A DNA stretch of 64,000 nucleotides, taken from the IMG/VR virus record IMGVR_UViG_3300032268_000973, positions 32,001 through 96,000 of that record; one strand, 5' to 3'. Below the pieces are notes generated by a model. That model worked only from the letters and a program-made list of their open reading frames with translations. It was not told where the DNA came from and searched no databases. The translations under genes were made by a program, and so were the position numbers. Positions 58,957-64,000 of this stretch are shown in pieces. The DNA comes from a virus. Each line of letters begins with the position of its first letter. Positions within the stretch are counted from its first letter, which is position 1.

Positions 58957-59780
58957 GAATTTTTGTTTTAGGAGACTCCTATTCAGACAATTTGTTTCAA
59001 AGATCCAAAGAAACTACAAACTTACCAGAAATAACAAAATACGTTGATTCAGTCAATGAGGAAACAAGTGAAAAAGCAAAATGGTGGACCGATTGGTTAT
59101 CAGAATGGGGATATGAAGTTTTCAACTACGCCATCGGAGGATCAACAATGGAGTCCCTAATTTATCAATTTGCAAAAATTGATGAAAATTATGAAGTGGG
59201 TGATAGAATTATTTTGAATTTAACGCATCCTTCGAGATACAATTGGTACGATGATATGGGGAATTGCATGTTTATCCATAATCGATCTGATCAATTTCAA
59301 TATCGAATAGTTAAAGATTTAATAGAAGAACAGGCAATAAATAGGGATATCAGTTTCAATGATAATTATCTAAGTCAGAATTTAACCCCTTTCCTGAAAT
59401 ACCTTATAAATAAACATTCCTATTATAGACCAATCGTGTGGACAACCTTTTGGGATGTCATAAATCATTTCGTGGGGTATAAATATTTTTTCGAAACACA
59501 TAAAATAATGAATCTCAGAAAAGATTTAGATGTTAAACGTTGTTTCGAACGAGGGGTAGATTGGAAATCTAAACTTGAAATGGACAAAGAATCTTCATAC
59601 TTTGTTCAAGATGGACACTTTGGAAGATATGGGAATTATGAATTAGCCATAATGTTTCGATGTATTCTTGAATCAAATACAGATGGGTACTATTTAGAGG
59701 ATCAGTCTCTAAATTCCGAATTGGAAAAAACTATCTTGGAATATGATAAAGTTTTCGAAGTACCGAAGTCTTGGTTATAA
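58953..59780 (+). CDS. SGNH/GDSL-like protein
   Basis: VLGDSYSD, NYAIGGST, DGHFGRYGN. Confidence 0.7.
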   Translation: MRIFVLGDSYSDNLFQRSKETTNLPEITKYVDSVNEETSEKAKWWTDWLSEWGYEVFNYAIGGSTMESLIYQFAKIDENYEVGDRIILNLTHPSRYNWYDDMGNCMFIHNRSDQFQYRIVKDLIEEQAINRDISFNDNYLSQNLTPFLKYLINKHSYYRPIVWTTFWDVINHFVGYKYFFETHKIMNLRKDLDVKRCFERGVDWKSKLEMDKESSYFVQDGHFGRYGNYELAIMFRCILESNTDGYYLEDQSLNSELEKTILEYDKVFEVPKSWL

Positions 59781-59791
59781 TTTGATTAAGA

Positions 59792-60337
59792 TCAACTATA
59801 ATATAGTTCTGGATATTCAACAATTACATTGATCCCTCCTTTGTTGTAACAATTGGAATATACCTCATCTATTTTTTCCCAATGATCCAAATCGTAAAAA
59901 TTAATGTTGGGGCATAATTCTCGAAATTGGTTTAAATAGTTTCCTTTGTGTTGATGACCAGGATCCAAAGGTTTGTCCGATCCTTTTCCTAGTCTTATAA
60001 TTATATTGGGGGTCCAATCACCCCCACTCATCAATCCTATCTTGTCTAAATGGTTTACTAGCTGGTTTGTTGCACAAATAATAAAATCCCAACGTGGATA
60101 AAAAGTGATTACAAATTTTCCAGTCATTGCCATTCCTAAACTCATTCCCATCTGAGATTCCTCCATTACGGGTAATTCGATCATCTTAGACTTTGGGACT
60201 TCTCCCAAAGTTGTGCTCATAGGATTACCTTGAAAAATAATTTGTTGACCTACGAATATGGTATCATCTTTTTTCCCTAATTCGGTCATTACATTTGTTA
60301 ATGCATCTTTGTATCTGGTATATTGTGGTTTTGTCAT
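59792..60337 (-). CDS. TPP-enzyme beta subunit (transketolase/pyruvate dehydrogenase E1-beta pyrimidine-binding domain only)
   Basis: YKDAL...IFVGQ...IELPVMEESQMGMSLGMAMTG...FYPRWDF...NQLVNH...GHQH; 181 aa, no C-terminal domain. Confidence 0.85.
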   Translation of the reverse strand: MTKPQYTRYKDALTNVMTELGKKDDTIFVGQQIIFQGNPMSTTLGEVPKSKMIELPVMEESQMGMSLGMAMTGKFVITFYPRWDFIICATNQLVNHLDKIGLMSGGDWTPNIIIRLGKGSDKPLDPGHQHKGNYLNQFRELCPNINFYDLDHWEKIDEVYSNCYNKGGINVIVEYPELYYS

Positions 60338-61179
60338 ACTAAATTTTTTTCTTTTAATTTATTGTAAATAAACTCTGAATATTTTTGATTTCCAAAATAC
60401 CCTAAATGTGAGTCGGTTGTGTCTGATATTTCGTCACATATTCTCCATCCTTGTTTAACCGAAAGTTCCCATATTGTTGGGATTTCGATTATGTTGGGAT
60501 TCAATTTGTGGCTGTAGTTATTTTTATATAAAACTAATGAATTTTTATCGTATCCTGAAGCAGTAAACAAACTGTCATTCAAATCAATGTTATAATTTAT
60601 TTTTTTGTTATCTAAGAAATTATAAAAAAGAATAAGTTGTCTTACCATCCGTGTTATTTCTACTTCAAAATCATAATACTCGTCAACGAACATGTTAATT
60701 TTTTCATTATGTTTGAAGTAATCTTCATAATTCAAATTGTATTCTTTTTTTGTATAAGCTCTAGAAAATGAAATCTTTGAATTTATTATTTTGTTTTCTA
60801 TTTCTATAGGGTAGATTTTATTATATACTGAAACGACCAAATAATCCTGAAATTCCTTCGAGTATAATTCCATTCTATTAGGTTGTAGTGGGATATCGAA
60901 TAAAAAAAGGGTGGAGGATATTTCAGATTCTGAGAGTGTGTCAATGTAATCAAATGTTTTTCTTATTAGTCTATCCAACCCACCACCTTGTTTTGAATCA
61001 TTTACACATTCAACATCCAATTTTGTTGATAGTAGGTTCCCATATGAAACCTCTTTTTCCGATTTCCATTTTTTTTGTTCGAGATTCTGAGTGTAATATT
61101 TGTAAAATTCTGATCCGACTTCTAAACTTCCACCACAACTTAAACTACTACCGTTGATATAAATTCTTTCAAGTTTCAT
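60334..61179 (-). CDS. SGNH/GDSL-like protein
   Basis: INGSSLSCGG, NDSKQGGGLDR, DSHLGYFGN. Confidence 0.65.
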   Translation of the reverse strand: MKLERIYINGSSLSCGGSLEVGSEFYKYYTQNLEQKKWKSEKEVSYGNLLSTKLDVECVNDSKQGGGLDRLIRKTFDYIDTLSESEISSTLFLFDIPLQPNRMELYSKEFQDYLVVSVYNKIYPIEIENKIINSKISFSRAYTKKEYNLNYEDYFKHNEKINMFVDEYYDFEVEITRMVRQLILFYNFLDNKKINYNIDLNDSLFTASGYDKNSLVLYKNNYSHKLNPNIIEIPTIWELSVKQGWRICDEISDTTDSHLGYFGNQKYSEFIYNKLKEKNLV

Positions 61180-62154
61180 TTATTCAAACTCTTTCTTATT
61201 TTCAATATACCAATCATAAGTTAATTTTAAACCGTTATCTAATGAAGTTTTAGGGGTCCAATTAAACTTCGACATAAACTTACTTGAATTTATTTTTCTA
61301 ACAGGAATCATGGATGGTTTTCCTTTTATAAATTCAATTGGAGCTTCATAACTCACAATTTTTTTCATTAAATCCAAGACCTCTAAAACGGAATATACTT
61401 TATTCGATCCAACATTATATACTTCAAACATTTCTGTTTCATTCTCCATAACTTTTTGAAGTGCATCTACAAAATCTTCGATATATAATAAATCTCTAAG
61501 TTCTAATCCATCACCCCAAATTGGTATTGGATTCATTTGATCTGCTACTTTTCTTATTGTTGCGGGAGTTACGTGACATTTGTTCAAATTGTATTTGTCA
61601 TGAGGACCGTATAGGTTCGCGGGCCTGATTACAGTACATTTCATTTTTTTATTAAGATGTCGACCAAAGAGCTCACATTGAATTTCGGCATAACGTTTCA
61701 TCCAACCAACTGGAAAATATACAGGATATGGTTCATTATATAAAAAATCAGTTTCAATTACTGGTTCATCTCCTTTAGGTGGATAAACTGTGTTCGAAGA
61801 GATGAAAATATAATGATTAACACCATTTCTCCAAGCGGCATCAATTAAAAAATTATTCATTGCCACATTTGGAGTAACGTGGAGTAAAGGATCTTCAATA
61901 GTATCAACTGCATTAGATGTTGAGGCCGCACAATGGAATACGACATCAATTCCCTTTGTTATGTCCAAACATTTCTCATGAGTCATTAAATCCCCATTCC
62001 AATATTCAACTTCATCATAAACAATTCTAGGTTGTCTGACGTGCACTAAAACTTTAATATTTTTATACCCCTCGCTTAATAGTTTGGAGGTTAAATTTTG
62101 ACCAACCAAACCAGATCCACCAGTGATTAGTATTTTTGAATTTTTATTTATCAT
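61180..62154 (-). CDS. GDP-L-fucose synthase-like extended SDR (atypical active site)
   Basis: TGGSGLVG, RPANLYGPHDKY, CHVTPATIRK, IWGDGLELRDLLYIED; YxxxK replaced by VGWMK. Confidence 0.8.
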   Translation of the reverse strand: MINKNSKILITGGSGLVGQNLTSKLLSEGYKNIKVLVHVRQPRIVYDEVEYWNGDLMTHEKCLDITKGIDVVFHCAASTSNAVDTIEDPLLHVTPNVAMNNFLIDAAWRNGVNHYIFISSNTVYPPKGDEPVIETDFLYNEPYPVYFPVGWMKRYAEIQCELFGRHLNKKMKCTVIRPANLYGPHDKYNLNKCHVTPATIRKVADQMNPIPIWGDGLELRDLLYIEDFVDALQKVMENETEMFEVYNVGSNKVYSVLEVLDLMKKIVSYEAPIEFIKGKPSMIPVRKINSSKFMSKFNWTPKTSLDNGLKLTYDWYIENKKEFE

Positions 62155-62923
62155 ATAATTTTATTTTTTCTATAAACTCGTAAAGTTCTTGACTAATTAT
62201 TTCATATCCAATGTGATTAGGATGTTGACTTGCTCTTGTTTCAAATTTTTCATCTTGGTATTCCCAAAGATCAACTTTATTTATTTCATTCAAATAAGTT
62301 CTGAAAGTTTTGATTCCGAAATTCCAATAGTATTTTTTATCAATAAACTCAGTGATATCGTCTTTTTTTTCTAAGTCAATTAACATTGACTCGAACGAAT
62401 CACACATAATGTATTTTATATCAAAAAAACTTAACATACGTTGAATAAAAATTATATAATATTGATTCACAATATTATAATAGTTTTGTCTGAAAAGATC
62501 TGATATAAAAAATTTTTTGTAGTCAGAGAAAAAAGTGTCAAAATTTTTATTGTCACTTGTGTAAGAATTCAAGAATTTATGTGGTTCTTCAGTGAGATGT
62601 TTTATTGACCAAGTTACCCATTCACCTGATGGTAAAAATGGAACTGGATCTCTCAAAGATGAACTCCACATGATTATAACTAAATCTGAAGGATTTATTA
62701 CCTTATTTCTTATATCATCAACTATATTGTTAAAAATTTTGAAATTTGAGTTACCTGATACTCCATTGTTGACAGACTCAATCCCAAACTTTTTAGCGAG
62801 TAAATTAACCCAACTATAGTTTTTTTGAAATAATATTTTTTCTTCTTTATCTAGTTTGTCCTCGATCAATCTATTACATCCTTGGCCAACTGTCCAACTA
62901 TCTCCGTAAGCTCTTAAAATCAT
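62144..62923 (-). CDS. SGNH/GDSL-like protein
   Basis: AYGDSWTVGQG, NNGVSGNSN, SQHPNHIGY. Confidence 0.7.
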   Translation of the reverse strand: MILRAYGDSWTVGQGCNRLIEDKLDKEEKILFQKNYSWVNLLAKKFGIESVNNGVSGNSNFKIFNNIVDDIRNKVINPSDLVIIMWSSSLRDPVPFLPSGEWVTWSIKHLTEEPHKFLNSYTSDNKNFDTFFSDYKKFFISDLFRQNYYNIVNQYYIIFIQRMLSFFDIKYIMCDSFESMLIDLEKKDDITEFIDKKYYWNFGIKTFRTYLNEINKVDLWEYQDEKFETRASQHPNHIGYEIISQELYEFIEKIKLYDK

Positions 62924-63861
62924 TTGGTTGTTTCTTTGTAATAATCGTAAGTTAATTTTAACCCATCATAAAGGGAACGCTTTGGCATTATATTATATTT
63001 TTTTTGAATACTTGTATCCATCAATCTCCTCAAATCTCCATTAGGCTTGGAGTCATCCCAAGTAATTTCAATTTGCTTTCCACTTATTTTAACAATCTCT
63101 TCAACTAATTGTTTTATTGTGACCTCTAAGCCAGATCCAAAATTTGTGATGGTATGAATCCCATCTTCAAATAGTTTTATAATCCCATCTGCAACATCTC
63201 CAGCGTAAACAAAATCTCTAATAGGAGACCCATCCCCCCAACATTCTATAACCCCATCAGATTCGAATACTTTCTTTATTGTAGATGAAATTACAGTGCC
63301 ATTACCACTAAAGTCATCATATTCACCATATATGTTTGCAGGTCTAATAATTGACCATTTGGAATATGATTCTTGAATCTTATACGCTTCTAATAAAAGT
63401 TCTCCAGCCCTTTTTGACCAAGATGGAAACCAATCAGAAGATGATGGTAAAGTTTTCCAAACATCTTCTTCTATAAATTTTTCTGAAGGTGAATATACCC
63501 CTACAGAACTCATAAAAATCAAATATATTTTTCTTTTTGCACATTGATTTATAATCTCTGTATTAATTTTGAAAGATGGATATAAGAAATCTACAGGTTT
63601 TTCCTTGGCTCGTAATGGAGAACCTTTGACCCCGAAACAGTTGAAAACGGCATCTGGCTTTTCAAACTCAAACAAATTCCTTACGTTATCTTCTTTTGTC
63701 AAATCCATTTGAATGTATTTGAAATAGTATGAATTTTCTTCGGCAAAACTTTTGGGAGGATTGATATCACACCCAATAACATAATAACCTTTCTCAATGC
63801 ATTTTCTTGTTAGATGAGTCCCAACTAAACCCGAAGATCCTGTAATCAATATTTTTTTCAT
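62920..63861 (-). CDS. GDP-L-fucose synthase-like extended SDR (atypical active site); frame open upstream to the window edge
   Basis: ATG at 63861 gives MKKILITGSSGLVG; RPANIYG, CWGDGSPIRDFVY; YxxxK replaced by PSWSK; no in-frame stop between 63861 and 64000. Confidence 0.8.
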   Translation of the reverse strand: MKKILITGSSGLVGTHLTRKCIEKGYYVIGCDINPPKSFAEENSYYFKYIQMDLTKEDNVRNLFEFEKPDAVFNCFGVKGSPLRAKEKPVDFLYPSFKINTEIINQCAKRKIYLIFMSSVGVYSPSEKFIEEDVWKTLPSSSDWFPSWSKRAGELLLEAYKIQESYSKWSIIRPANIYGEYDDFSGNGTVISSTIKKVFESDGVIECWGDGSPIRDFVYAGDVADGIIKLFEDGIHTITNFGSGLEVTIKQLVEEIVKISGKQIEITWDDSKPNGDLRRLMDTSIQKKYNIMPKRSLYDGLKLTYDYYKETTK

Positions 63862-64000
63862 TTTAATTTTATTTAAAACCTTTTTAAACAAGTCGTCTTT
63901 CGAATATTCTAAAAATTTATTTCTGTTATATTCGATTTTATCTATATTTTTTTTATACCAATCTATAATGTATTCTCTACCTAAACTGTGAATTCTAGAA

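Noticed and set aside
3323-62819. Short (60-140 aa) ORFs nested in or antisense to the main genes
   Set aside because: They lie fully within well-supported genes and show no recognisable motifs; expected by chance.
1-64000. Giant eukaryotic virus origin, suggested by eukaryote-like NrdB, GT7 and collagen-like repeats
   Set aside because: gp25, gp6/J and gp7-like baseplate genes, gp32, UvsX, overlapping polycistronic genes and rho-independent terminators indicate a tailed bacteriophage.
1-64000. Stop-codon reassignment as seen in some Bacteroidota phages
   Set aside because: Standard-code ORFs tile the window at full expected lengths, and TAA, TAG (10473, 53008) and TGA all end genes.

Overview
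AT-rich segment of a large lytic tailed phage (contractile-tail, T4-like myovirus/jumbo type). The host is probably Bacteroidota: SprB-repeat protein, Bacteroidota-like NrdA/NrdB and no obvious Shine-Dalgarno sites. Layout: (1) 1-8.5 kb baseplate hub-like giant protein and two late genes; (2) 8.5-16.8 kb replication/nucleotide module bounded by terminators (gp32-like SSB, RecA/UvsX, 5'-3' exonuclease, DnaB-like helicase, class Ia NrdB/NrdA); (3) 16.9-38.9 kb baseplate/tail module (gp25-like, gp6/J-like, gp7/gpI-like, PKD and SprB-repeat proteins) ending in a 1524-aa fibre with about 337 proline-poor Gly-Thr-Ser-type triplets and an S74 chaperone domain; (4) 39.0-64 kb, and continuing past the window, a dense enzyme locus: 4-5 glycosyltransferase-like genes including two GT7 enzymes with an inserted LamG domain, a methyltransferase, 3 NDP-sugar SDRs, 2 Fe/2OG oxygenases, 5 tandem radical SAM enzymes, 7 SGNH-like proteins and a TPP-enzyme beta subunit. 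The best candidate for an undescribed system is this locus acting as a phage-encoded glycan synthesis/tailoring pathway, possibly decorating the adjacent Ser/Thr-rich fibre; that link is inference. A TATTTATA motif precedes structural gene groups (putative late promoter). No tRNA, rRNA, CRISPR array, integrase, intron or intein was recognised. All calls come from motif reading, without database searches.
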